A stretch of DNA of 64,000 nt from a virus. Lineage: Duplodnaviria; Heunggongvirae; Uroviricota; Caudoviricetes. Of this stretch, positions 42,804-51,541 are shown one piece after another (position 1 is the stretch's first letter; every line of letters starts with the position of its first letter). A program made the translations under genes and the position numbers. The notes below the pieces were generated by a model. It did not search any database, was not told the origin of the DNA, and saw nothing but the letters and a program-made list of their open reading frames with translations. Where the stretch lies: IMG/VR virus record IMGVR_UViG_3300028577_000006. One strand, written 5' to 3'.

Positions 42804-43490
42804 TCACGTACCACCCTTGCTCAAACGGTTGAGGATCCTGTCCATCTGCAACTCGGGAATCAAGAACCCGTTGATCTCGACCGACAGCAGCTTGGTCTCG
42901 AACGGGGGGGCGCGCAGCGCCGTAACCGTCGCCTCGATCGTCTGGCCTGGCCGCACGTACGATGCGAACGACTGTAGGCCAAGCTGCGACGGGCCTGCGA
43001 ACGGGTAGAAGCTGCCCTGTCCTGGCGTCGGAGGATAGACCGTCTGCGCGCCCTTGCCAGCGTTGACGACAACAGGGTCGCCGTTCGACGTGAGATTCGT
43101 AGAGAAGTCCGTTGTGCCGCGGCCACCGACCTTGAGCGAGAAGCCGAATACGGTGGTCAGGCGCGAAAGAGGAACTTCCTCGACGTCTTTTGGATCGATG
43201 CCCGTGTTCTGGTAGACGCGAAACGTCGAGTTCTGAAGAACGATGACGGCCTCTTGTGGAGCCTGGATCTTGAGCACGGGGATCGCGCGCGGATACGGCG
43301 GCGCACCCTGGATCGCCACCGGGATCGGATAGTTGGCGAAGAACGCGCGCTGGAAGAACGTCAGCTGCTGCGACGGCAGGAACTGGAAGTACGCGTCCTG
43401 CACCTGGACGGGCGTCACCGCGATCGCGATTTCTTCCTGCGGAAGCGGCGAGCTTCCCTGACTGTTCAAGAGCGCTGGACGGCCACGCAT
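42804..43490 (-). CDS. structural-like protein
   Basis: 228-aa ORF, Pro/Gln/Phe-rich. Confidence 0.5.
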   Translation of the reverse strand: MRGRPALLNSQGSSPLPQEEIAIAVTPVQVQDAYFQFLPSQQLTFFQRAFFANYPIPVAIQGAPPYPRAIPVLKIQAPQEAVIVLQNSTFRVYQNTGIDPKDVEEVPLSRLTTVFGFSLKVGGRGTTDFSTNLTSNGDPVVVNAGKGAQTVYPPTPGQGSFYPFAGPSQLGLQSFASYVRPGQTIEATVTALRAPPFETKLLSVEINGFLIPELQMDRILNRLSKGGT

Positions 43491-43852
43491 CAGCCACCTC
43501 CGCTCAGAACAGGCACGCCACGCGTGTACGCATCGACCGCCGCCAAGACCTCACCCGTCACAAACGGATGCAGAAGATCGCCATTGGCACCGATCGGAAT
43601 GTGGCCTCGCGATGCCGCCCAAAGCGTGCCTGCGACCGTACCGGTGGCTGCCAACGTCTTCGCGAGGGCTGGATGCGTCGGCATGGCCAACGTCAGTGTG
43701 TTGCCGATGATGCGCGTGGCATAGAAGCCGAGCGCGCTGTTGACGCAGAACAGCGCGTACCACTGGGCATCGCGGAAGGCTCCGCGCATGGTCACTGGCT
43801 TGCGTCCGTTGCGGCGTGCCTTCGGACGTCGCGATGTGCGACGACGCGTCAT
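43490..43852 (-). CDS. hypothetical protein with RTSRR N-terminal tail
   Basis: internal ATG 43852: MTRRRTSRRPKARRNGRK. Confidence 0.45.
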   Translation of the reverse strand: MTRRRTSRRPKARRNGRKPVTMRGAFRDAQWYALFCVNSALGFYATRIIGNTLTLAMPTHPALAKTLAATGTVAGTLWAASRGHIPIGANGDLLHPFVTGEVLAAVDAYTRGVPVLSGGG

Positions 43853-43856
43853 GACG

Positions 43857-44786
43857 TCAGACCGCCGGGCTCTCGGCCTGGAGGATCTTGTAGCCACACA
43901 TGGTGAAGTAGATCGTACCACCGATGGCGACGGGCACGCGACCCACGTCTCCGGTTGCTGCCGGATCTGGCGCTGGCGTCTGATCGCCCTCGGCGAAGCC
44001 GTTCGGCAGCGTTGCGTAGTTGACCTCGGCGAACCCGAGGTCATGCATCAGCGTCATCTTCCACGTCACCGTGGAGCCGCGCTCGAAGAAGTCGCCCACC
44101 GGAAGGTAGAGCGGCCGATCGAACTCGGAGAAGATGTAGCGCGAAGGCATCGGGATCTGGTTCTGACGGTTTCGGTTCGAACCGTTGTCCTGGATCTCGA
44201 AGAGATAGTCGATCTCACCAGGCCGGAACGTCTGCACCGCCTGTGCGCCAGCGATCGAGATCGGACCGACCTGCGCGCCGATGTACGCGCCCGAGAATGG
44301 ATCTGCCGTCGAAGCGACTGGACGAAAGCGTCCCGACAGCGGCGTGATGACCTCGGTACCGGCCGGCGGATCGTTCGGGCGACCGCCGGTGTCTCCGATC
44401 GTGTACGGGCCGATCGAGTACGTGCGCATGAGGAACGCGCTCATGTAGCTCGTGCAGACGAACGGGCCATCCATCGAGATCTGCTTGTTGTCGACGAGCA
44501 CGGACCCGGCGAGGGTGAAGTTCGGGTCCGTGGGCCCCGGGATATCGATGCTGAAGTTGAGGAAGTACGGGACACGCTTGCCCGGGATGTCCTCGATGTA
44601 TCTGATGCGCTTGGCCGCCTTCGAGACGGAACCGCGCAGCGACTCCAACTCAGCCTTCTGAGACTCGTAGTCTCCAGTCAGCTTGTTGTAGCGCTCGTTC
44701 AGGAGCTTCTGTCGCGCGAACAGACGCTGATGCGTCTCTTCCATGGCGCGAAGTGTCTTCGTCAGCTCGGGATCGTAGTTCGGCAC
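43857..44786 (-). CDS. structural-like protein with N-terminal coiled coil
   Basis: 309 aa; coiled coil then Gly/Pro-rich beta-like domain. Confidence 0.55.
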   Translation of the reverse strand: MPNYDPELTKTLRAMEETHQRLFARQKLLNERYNKLTGDYESQKAELESLRGSVSKAAKRIRYIEDIPGKRVPYFLNFSIDIPGPTDPNFTLAGSVLVDNKQISMDGPFVCTSYMSAFLMRTYSIGPYTIGDTGGRPNDPPAGTEVITPLSGRFRPVASTADPFSGAYIGAQVGPISIAGAQAVQTFRPGEIDYLFEIQDNGSNRNRQNQIPMPSRYIFSEFDRPLYLPVGDFFERGSTVTWKMTLMHDLGFAEVNYATLPNGFAEGDQTPAPDPAATGDVGRVPVAIGGTIYFTMCGYKILQAESPAV

Positions 44787-45007
44787 TGTGAACCTTCCTT
44801 TGGCCGGCGGATTTCTCCCTGTGGCCTCGGCTGGTTATGCGCCCGCACCATGCGGGACTTCATCAGGCTCCGAATGAGCCATCGGGTCGATCGCAGATCG
44901 CCCTACATCAAACAGGAAGAAGCGCCGGCCGCGTCACCACGACCGGCGCCTTCCTCATCCATCAGCAGCACTCTCGGATCCGAATCACGCTTGCGCGTGA
45001 AGCAAGA

Positions 45008-45790
45008 TCAGAGAACGTCGCGCGAGTGGATGCCGTCGAGGACATACTTGATGTCCTTCTCGATGTCGTCCTCACCAGCGACCGAGAGGCCGGTGCCCGT
45101 CGCGGTGCCGGTCGTGAGACCGGAGCCGCTGATGATCGCGTTCGGGCTGTTGTCCGGCACGAGGCCGTTCAGCTGCTCGATTGCCGACGCGCCGGTCGTC
45201 TGACCGATCGGCGAGGCGATCGCGATCACCTGGAAGCCCTGACGGGGCGGGATGAGGATCGGACGCGCCAGGCGCATGAGCGCGCTCGACGTCGGCACGC
45301 CGTTGTTCGCGCGCGGGAGGCGCGAGTCGGCGAAGAAGCCGTCGAGACCACCGGCCATCGGGGTGTACGCGGTGAACGTCGTGAGCTGCGGCTTGTCACC
45401 AGCGACCATCTGCCAGAAGAACTGGTTCTGGGTCTGGTGGTAGAGCTTGTGCACGCGCATGACGCGGTCCGGATACACGCCGTTCACGTTGCCGATCGGC
45501 TGGGGCGCGCCCTGCGTCACGACGACCGGCGCTTCCGGGTTGAACCGGAAGTACGTCCAGACGCGCACCGCGAGGGTGATGTACGTCTGATCCGACGGGA
45601 AGAAGCCGCCCGTGGTCAGGTTCGACACCGAGATGTCGGCGCCCTGACGGACGAACAGCTGCGCGCGGTTCGGGACTGCTCCGAACACGCCCTGGTTGGT
45701 GGATCGAAGATCCACCGAACCATCGACGCGGATGAGGCTGTCGTAGAACGGCTGATGAACACGCTCGCGGGTACCAACGATCTTCGGCAT
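45008..45790 (-). CDS. putative major structural protein, paralog A (260 aa)
   Basis: SD GGAGAC-N6-ATG; 196-nt structured lower-GC upstream region; first ~100 and last ~110 aa nearly identical to paralog B. Confidence 0.6.
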   Translation of the reverse strand: MPKIVGTRERVHQPFYDSLIRVDGSVDLRSTNQGVFGAVPNRAQLFVRQGADISVSNLTTGGFFPSDQTYITLAVRVWTYFRFNPEAPVVVTQGAPQPIGNVNGVYPDRVMRVHKLYHQTQNQFFWQMVAGDKPQLTTFTAYTPMAGGLDGFFADSRLPRANNGVPTSSALMRLARPILIPPRQGFQVIAIASPIGQTTGASAIEQLNGLVPDNSPNAIISGSGLTTGTATGTGLSVAGEDDIEKDIKYVLDGIHSRDVL

Positions 45791-45986
45791 TGTCTTGTCT
45801 CCGAGTTTCCGGGGCCACCCTAGGGTTTATTCCCCCGGAAACGACAGCACTCCACTCGGTGCCTATCCACTGGTTTGTTGCGACGACCCTCCCTTGCGGG
45901 TTTAGATCGTCTCTGCGTTCCGAAACCTCTCAGCGGTAAGAGGCTTTCACCCGTCAGCTACCGGAACGCAGAGAATCTTGTTGCGA

Positions 45987-47483
45987 CTACAGGACATCCC
46001 TCGAATGGATGCCGTCCAGGATGTACTTGACGTCCTTCTCGATGTCGTCTTCACCGGGGACCGAGAGACCGGTGCCGGTGCCGAACCCGGTCGTGAGACC
46101 GGAGCCGCTGATGATCGCGTTCGGGCTGTTGTTCGGCACAAGGCCGTTCAGCTGCTCGATGACCGACGAGCCAGTCGTCTGGCCGGTGGGCGAGGCGATG
46201 GCGACAACTTGGAAGCCCTGACGGGGCGGGATGAGGATCGGACGCGCCAAGCGCATGAGCGCGCTCGACGTCGGCACGCCGTTGTTCGCGCGCGGGAGGC
46301 TGTTGCCATTCGCGCCGCCGAACCCGGAATCCGTCGCCGCGCCAGGCGCAGCCGGATCGAACGGATCGAGCTGAAGCTGGTTGTCGTCGAACGTCACCGA
46401 CGCGGACTGAGCGAACGCGCGACCAGTCAGCGTTGCTGCATGGGCGAAAGTGACAGTCGTAGCGGCGATGAGGTTGCCCTGCATCGACGCAGTCGTGTTG
46501 ACCGTGATGGCACCGGTCGACGTGAAGTAGACGTTGTGTGCGCGTGCTCCGTTGACCAGAACGATTTGTGCAGCGGGGCCGACCGTGAATGCACCGAGCT
46601 GGAAGACGAACGTGGCATTCGGATTGCCACCGCCATTCAGCGTGAGAACACCTGCGCCAGCAGTCAAAGAGCTGGCGCCGTGGAAGTATACGCCTGGTGC
46701 GAACGTGAGTCCACCAAGTTCCGCAGCGCCAGTGTTGGTTCCAGACAGGGCGTTGAGCGCTGGCACCGCGACCGCGGACAGGTAGGTCTGTGCCGCCGTG
46801 GCAAGGCCATCGGCATCAACGAAGCCAGTCACGACACCGGGCGGGAATCCGGTGATCGTCGGGCTGGTTGGTCCGACACCAATGTTGCCACCAATCGTGG
46901 TTCCAGCAGCAACGACGTTTGTGACGCCGGCCGATCCTAGCACGATGAACTGTGCTGCGGGGCCCAAAAATGGATCGTTCTGAATCGCTCCGGCCGCACC
47001 TGGCCTCGCAACACCGTTGCCGGCGAAGTAGCCATCGAGACCACCAGCCATCGGGGTGTACGCGGTGAACGTCGTGAGCTGCGGCTTGTCACCAGCGACC
47101 ATCTGCCAGAAGAACTGGTTCTGGGTCTGGTGGTAGAGCTTGTGAACGCGCATGACACGATCACGCGGCGCGCCCGGGATCGTGCCAATCGGCTCTGGCA
47201 ATCCCCGCTGCACCGTGACCGGCGCTTCCGGGTTGAACCGGAAGTACGTCCAGACGCGCACCGCGAGGGTGATGTACGTCTGATCCGACGGGAAGAAGCC
47301 GCCCGTGGTCAGGTTCGACACCGAGATGTCGGCGCCCTGACGGACGAACAGCTGCGCGCGGTTCGGGACTGCTCCGAACATGCCCTGATTGGTGGATCGA
47401 AGATCCACCGAACCATCGGTGCGGATGAGGCTGTCGTAGAACGGCTGATGAACACGCTCGCGGGTACCAACGATCTTCGGCAT
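45987..47483 (-). CDS. structural protein paralog B (498 aa) with inserted ice-binding-like (DUF3494) beta-helix domain
   Basis: shares MPKIVGTRERVHQPFYDSLIR...NPEAPV N-term and LPRANNGVPTSSALMRLARPILIPPRQGF...DGIHSRDVL C-term with paralog A; central ~240 aa with LGSAGVTNVVAAG...NVYFTSTGAITVNTTASMQGNLIAATTVTFAHAATLTGRAFAQSASVTFD. Confidence 0.65.
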   Translation of the reverse strand: MPKIVGTRERVHQPFYDSLIRTDGSVDLRSTNQGMFGAVPNRAQLFVRQGADISVSNLTTGGFFPSDQTYITLAVRVWTYFRFNPEAPVTVQRGLPEPIGTIPGAPRDRVMRVHKLYHQTQNQFFWQMVAGDKPQLTTFTAYTPMAGGLDGYFAGNGVARPGAAGAIQNDPFLGPAAQFIVLGSAGVTNVVAAGTTIGGNIGVGPTSPTITGFPPGVVTGFVDADGLATAAQTYLSAVAVPALNALSGTNTGAAELGGLTFAPGVYFHGASSLTAGAGVLTLNGGGNPNATFVFQLGAFTVGPAAQIVLVNGARAHNVYFTSTGAITVNTTASMQGNLIAATTVTFAHAATLTGRAFAQSASVTFDDNQLQLDPFDPAAPGAATDSGFGGANGNSLPRANNGVPTSSALMRLARPILIPPRQGFQVVAIASPTGQTTGSSVIEQLNGLVPNNSPNAIISGSGLTTGFGTGTGLSVPGEDDIEKDVKYILDGIHSRDVL

Positions 47484-48112
47484 CAGCCACCACCCATCTG
47501 GCCTGAGAACAGCTGACGCGCGAACACGCCACCCGCGTAGCCGTGATCGGCCGCCGCGAACGGCGTCGTCACCTGCTTGATCTGAGCTTCGTTCTTCGCG
47601 CGGAACGCCAGGTCCCTCGGGATGATCGTCGAGACGCCTGGCGGCTGGGGAAGGTATCCCAATCCGAGCATACCCTGATACGGAGCACCGTAGTGAGCGA
47701 CATCGACCAGCGGGTCAGAAAGCCCAGACACGTTGCTGGGAGTGAGCGTGGGCGACGAGGTCATCGTCGCAGACGACGGAGCCGTCTGAACGACATTCGG
47801 CAAGAACGGCGTGATCGCCGCGATGCCCATGCCGGTCGCGAGTGCCTGGCTGATCTCGTCGGACATGCCGACGCCACCGCCCATGGTCACGGCAACCGCA
47901 CCACCAGCCGCGCCGGTGATGAGCAGAAGCATCTTCGGGTCCAGAGTCGGAAGTAGACGCTGGGTGACGTTGGAGGTCAGCCACGAGGTAAGCAGAATGC
48001 CGCCTGCGCCAACGAGTGCAGGCACGACGAGACGCTCGATGACGCCGAATCCGGCACCTTCTGCGTTCCGACGAAGCCTGTTGCGGCGTGAGCGACGGTT
48101 CTGCTTCCTCAT
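47483..48112 (-). CDS. hypothetical structural-like protein with RSRRNR N-terminal tail
   Basis: MRKQNRRSRRNRLRRN; C-terminal GGVFARQLFSGQMGGG shared with next gene. Confidence 0.5.
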   Translation of the reverse strand: MRKQNRRSRRNRLRRNAEGAGFGVIERLVVPALVGAGGILLTSWLTSNVTQRLLPTLDPKMLLLITGAAGGAVAVTMGGGVGMSDEISQALATGMGIAAITPFLPNVVQTAPSSATMTSSPTLTPSNVSGLSDPLVDVAHYGAPYQGMLGLGYLPQPPGVSTIIPRDLAFRAKNEAQIKQVTTPFAAADHGYAGGVFARQLFSGQMGGG

Positions 48113-48140
48113 GACCTACTCCAGTGTTCGGACGGGTCGC

Positions 48141-49151
48141 TCAGAACATGCCGGCGAAGAGGTTGCGGGCGAAGAGGCCGCCTGCGAATCCCTTGCCTTC
48201 CGGCGTGACGAGCGAGGTCGGGATCGCGACGTCGCGGGGCATGATCTTCGAAACCGGGACGGCTCCGTCGGTCGGCGTCTGGGTCGAAACCCATGGCGGC
48301 TGGTTCTTCGCGTAGAACTTCGAGAGGGTGGAGTCGGCTTCCTGGCCGAGACCCGCCGCTGCGTAGTACGACGCGTCGCCGAGACCCGACATCGGCTGAT
48401 CGACGTACTCGCCGACGCCAGCGGCTGCTTCCATCGGAGTGCCGGCCGCGGCCTCCATCACGTCCATGAGGCCATCGACGCCCTCCTGGTTGGCAGGGTC
48501 GATGCCCTCCTGGTAGCCGGCCGCCGCGTAGAACGTCTGGCCCATGCCAGCCGCCGCGTAGTACGTGTCAGATCCCATGCCGTGCGTGGGATCGTTGACG
48601 TACGCGCCGAGGCCGCTCATCGGCTGGTCGACGTACTCGCCGAAGCCGCTCATCGGCTGATCGACGTACTCGCCGAGGTACGGCAAGAGCGCCGTACCGC
48701 GAAGCAGACGTGCGAAGAGCGCGAGGCCCATGCCCGTCAGGATCGGCGCGACGTTGTCCGTGACGATGTTCTTGTGACCCGCGCGGCTCGCCCACGTGGC
48801 GACTCCGAGGGCACCCGCGACAAGCGCGGCGTTCACGACGCTCTTCGTGGCGAGCGCCTGGTCCGCCGTCTGGCCGGTGTTCAGGACGCCACGAACCTGA
48901 TCGTTCATCGCGGCTGCGTTCGAGAGACCGTTCGCCGCGAGGAAGCCCGCCGTCGCCCAGCCTGCCGGCATGGCGATGTCCGTGAGCAAGTCCTTGCCGT
49001 AGAGCTTGAAGAAGTTCCGGCGGAGCCGGCCCTTCCGCGCGCCCTTGCGGTTCGGCTTGAGGATCACGTAGTTCGGGTTCTTCTTGCTGTGACGGCTCTT
49101 CTTGCTGTGACGACGCTTGTGCTTGCGGCCCATCGACTGCCTCCTGTTCAT
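48141..49151 (-). CDS. hypothetical structural-like protein with basic N-terminus and GEYVDQPMSG repeats
   Basis: N-terminal KKNPNYVILKPNRK; three GEYVDQPMSG repeats; C-terminal GGLFARNLFAGMF. Confidence 0.5.
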   Translation of the reverse strand: MNRRQSMGRKHKRRHSKKSRHSKKNPNYVILKPNRKGARKGRLRRNFFKLYGKDLLTDIAMPAGWATAGFLAANGLSNAAAMNDQVRGVLNTGQTADQALATKSVVNAALVAGALGVATWASRAGHKNIVTDNVAPILTGMGLALFARLLRGTALLPYLGEYVDQPMSGFGEYVDQPMSGLGAYVNDPTHGMGSDTYYAAAGMGQTFYAAAGYQEGIDPANQEGVDGLMDVMEAAAGTPMEAAAGVGEYVDQPMSGLGDASYYAAAGLGQEADSTLSKFYAKNQPPWVSTQTPTDGAVPVSKIMPRDVAIPTSLVTPEGKGFAGGLFARNLFAGMF

Positions 49152-49183
49152 TTTTCCTGGCGGACTTGTTCGCGAACCGCCGA

Positions 49184-50614
49184 CTACTTCGCCTTGCGCG
49201 ACGTGCGCTTGTGCTTTGCCTGGAGCGACCGAGCGAGTTCAGGACCCCACTTGCCTCGCTTGGAGTGAGCGCGACGAGCAACCCCACCGAAGGTGAAGTG
49301 ACGCGTGTAGCCCGGGAGACGCTTGCCACCGACGAGAACCGTCGACTTCCTGGACGTGCCCGGCCTGTAGAGGACGGTCTGCGTGGATCCGGTCAGGAAG
49401 TTCGGGCGCGAGCGACGACGACGCGAGCTGCGACGCGAAGCGCGCTTGCGGCGGCTGTTGCGGCGCGACCGGCGCTTGCGGCTGTTGCGACGTGCGCGGC
49501 GCGACGTGCGACGACGGCTGTTCCGGCGCGAAGCACGCTTCGAGCCACGGCGACGCGAGTTGCGACGTGCGCGGCGCGACGTGCGCTTGCGGTTCGGGAT
49601 GATGAAGTAGTTCGGGTTCCGGCGCGACGTGCGACGACGGCTGTTCCGGCGCGAGTGACGACGAGCATTCGCGGCCATCTCACCAGCGAGCGGTGAGCCG
49701 TACATGTGGAACGCAGACCGGAAGGTCGGCGATCCAGACACGTGCTTCTTGGAAGCGCGCTTCTTGGAGCGGCGCTTCTTGGAAGCCTTCTTGGAGGCGC
49801 CCTTCTTCGAAGCCCGGGCTCGGGCCTTGCTACCCTTCTTGGAGGCGTTGCGGCGCGAGGTGCGCTTGCGGCTGTTGCGGCGGGCGCGGCGCGACGTGCG
49901 ACGACGGCTGTTGCGACGAACGCGGCGGCGCGGGTTGCGCGACGCACGCTTGCGGCGGCTGTTCCGGCGAACGCGACGGCGCGGACGATTGCGGCGCGAG
50001 GTGCGCTTGCTGCGGCGGCTGTTCCGACGCGACGCTCGGCGACGCGATGCTCGGCGACTGTTCCGGCGCGACGTGCGACGACGGCTGTTGCGGCGCGAAG
50101 CGCCCTTGCTGCGGTGGCTGTTGCGACGGGCGCGGCGCGACGTGCGACGACGGCTGTTGCGACGAACGCGGCGGGCGCGGCGGCTGTTGCGACGGGCGCG
50201 GCGCGACGTGCGACGACGGCTGTTGCGACGAACGCGGCGGGCGCGGCGACGCGGGTTGCGGCGCGAGGCGCGCCTCGAACCACGACGACGACGCGAGTTG
50301 CGACGAGCCCGGCGACTTCCGCGGCGGCGACTGTTCCGACGCGACGTACGACGACTCCGGCGGCTGTTCCGACGAACGCGGCGATGCGCGTTGCGGCGCG
50401 AGACCCGGCGACGCGATGCTGGACGCGAGTTCTTGCGCGAGCGACGGCGACGGCGACCACCGATGCCGTTCGCGACGATCGCCATCAGACCGCCGCGCTT
50501 GCGACGAATCTTCGCAGTACCGGGAGCCGGGCGCGACGTACGCTTGTGCTTCCGGCGACGACGACCAGCGTTGCTGCGCATCGCAGCACGCATACCGGGG
50601 AGATTGTATGCCAT
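49184..50614 (-). CDS. protamine-like arginine-repeat protein (476 aa; ~25 copies of RRNSRRRTSRRA-type units)
   Basis: internal ATG 50614 with SD GGAGGAAGAG; frame chosen because its motifs (RTSRR, NPNYFIIPNRK) match tails of neighbouring proteins; region is open in 4 frames. Confidence 0.5.
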   Translation of the reverse strand: MAYNLPGMRAAMRSNAGRRRRKHKRTSRPAPGTAKIRRKRGGLMAIVANGIGGRRRRRSRKNSRPASRRRVSRRNAHRRVRRNSRRSRRTSRRNSRRRGSRRARRNSRRRRGSRRASRRNPRRRARRVRRNSRRRTSRRARRNSRRARRVRRNSRRRTSRRARRNSHRSKGASRRNSRRRTSRRNSRRASRRRASRRNSRRSKRTSRRNRPRRRVRRNSRRKRASRNPRRRVRRNSRRRTSRRARRNSRKRTSRRNASKKGSKARARASKKGASKKASKKRRSKKRASKKHVSGSPTFRSAFHMYGSPLAGEMAANARRHSRRNSRRRTSRRNPNYFIIPNRKRTSRRARRNSRRRGSKRASRRNSRRRTSRRARRNSRKRRSRRNSRRKRASRRSSRRRRSRPNFLTGSTQTVLYRPGTSRKSTVLVGGKRLPGYTRHFTFGGVARRAHSKRGKWGPELARSLQAKHKRTSRKAK

Positions 50615-50898
50615 CGAACTCTTCCTCCGCCTTGGGTTCTGACCAGGGTGTTGCTGCGATCGGGAACGTGCCCTGACCGCGGACGTGAACAGGCCCGCTC
50701 GTCGAGAAGGACGACCCGGATTGAGAACCGCCAGAGTCGTCACGCCACCGGGATTCGGTGCCATGCCAGGCGTACGGTCGTATGACCGCGCTGCCTTCTC
50801 TGTCGATCTCCGATATACAAGGGTCATTTCAGACGCACGTCTCCCGTGCGACCGACCCCGTAGCGGAGAGAGAGCAAGCGCCCTCGGTCTTCGAGAGA

Positions 50899-50939
50899 GA
50901 AGTTACTGGTGGTCATAGAGCGGGTCAAGACTTTTTTTC
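50899..50939 (-). promoter_or_regulatory. sigma70-like promoter TTGACC-N17-TAACTT with upstream A-tract
   Basis: on - strand: AAAAAAAGTCTTGACCCGCTCTATGACCACCAGTAACTT; ~280 nt upstream of the Arg-repeat gene start. Confidence 0.4.
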
Positions 50940-50986
50940 GGATCCGATGTCGATTTCTGATGCTGCCTGTCAGCAGACTCCGAATC

Positions 50987-51187
50987 TCACGCCGGGATGA
51001 GTGTCTTCTTGGTTGTGTCGTCCGTATGCGCTTCCTCTGCGTCGGGGGCGACTCGATTGAGGCGCGTGCTGATGCGCGGAAAACCAGGATGAGACTTCTT
51101 CACGCCCCGCGCAGCCTTGCGGAAGGCGATCAGCGCTTCCCTCATCTCGACGACTTCCTTCGGATCACGACTGTCGGACATAGCCAC
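50987..51187 (-). CDS. small hypothetical protein
   Basis: ORF. Confidence 0.35.
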   Translation of the reverse strand: MAMSDSRDPKEVVEMREALIAFRKAARGVKKSHPGFPRISTRLNRVAPDAEEAHTDDTTKKTLIPA

Positions 51188-51538
51188 TCACCTCCGTCCA
51201 ACCGGGCGCTCGCCGCGCTGGTTGTTGATCTCGTGCAATCGATGATCCATGTTTTCGAGCATGTGAACCACACGCTCAAGCGTCTTGATGATGTTTTCCG
51301 ACGCGCCCTCTGTCTCCGTAGCGAGGCGCACCTGCTCTTGCAGCGTGGCAGAGAAATCACGCGTGGCAGTGAGCAGCACGTCGCGGACGTCCTTCGCATC
51401 TTGGACGCGCGCCGCCTGCACCTCGTTCAGCTTCTGCGTCTGAAGCCAAGCGTAGCGAGCCATCGGCACCAGGACGAGCAGGAATACGGCGCCAAACGCC
51501 CCCCACTGCTGCACGATCGTATCGGTTCCGGGAGGCAT
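51188..51538 (-). CDS. membrane/coiled-coil protein
   Basis: TM FGAVFLLVLVPMARYAWL then coiled coil. Confidence 0.4.
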   Translation of the reverse strand: MPPGTDTIVQQWGAFGAVFLLVLVPMARYAWLQTQKLNEVQAARVQDAKDVRDVLLTATRDFSATLQEQVRLATETEGASENIIKTLERVVHMLENMDHRLHEINNQRGERPVGRR

Positions 51539-51541
51539 GGC

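Noticed and set aside
43740-49268. Large + strand ORFs (487, 328, 320, 485 aa) antisense to the structural operon
   Set aside because: Arg/Asp-rich antisense artefacts; no coupling, no SD, opposite to a coherent - strand operon.
49393-50785. Three + strand and one additional - strand ORFs of 300-360 aa across the Arg-repeat gene
   Set aside because: The region is a GC-rich tandem repeat open in several frames; only the 49184..50614 frame reproduces RTSRR and NPNY motifs found in neighbouring proteins.
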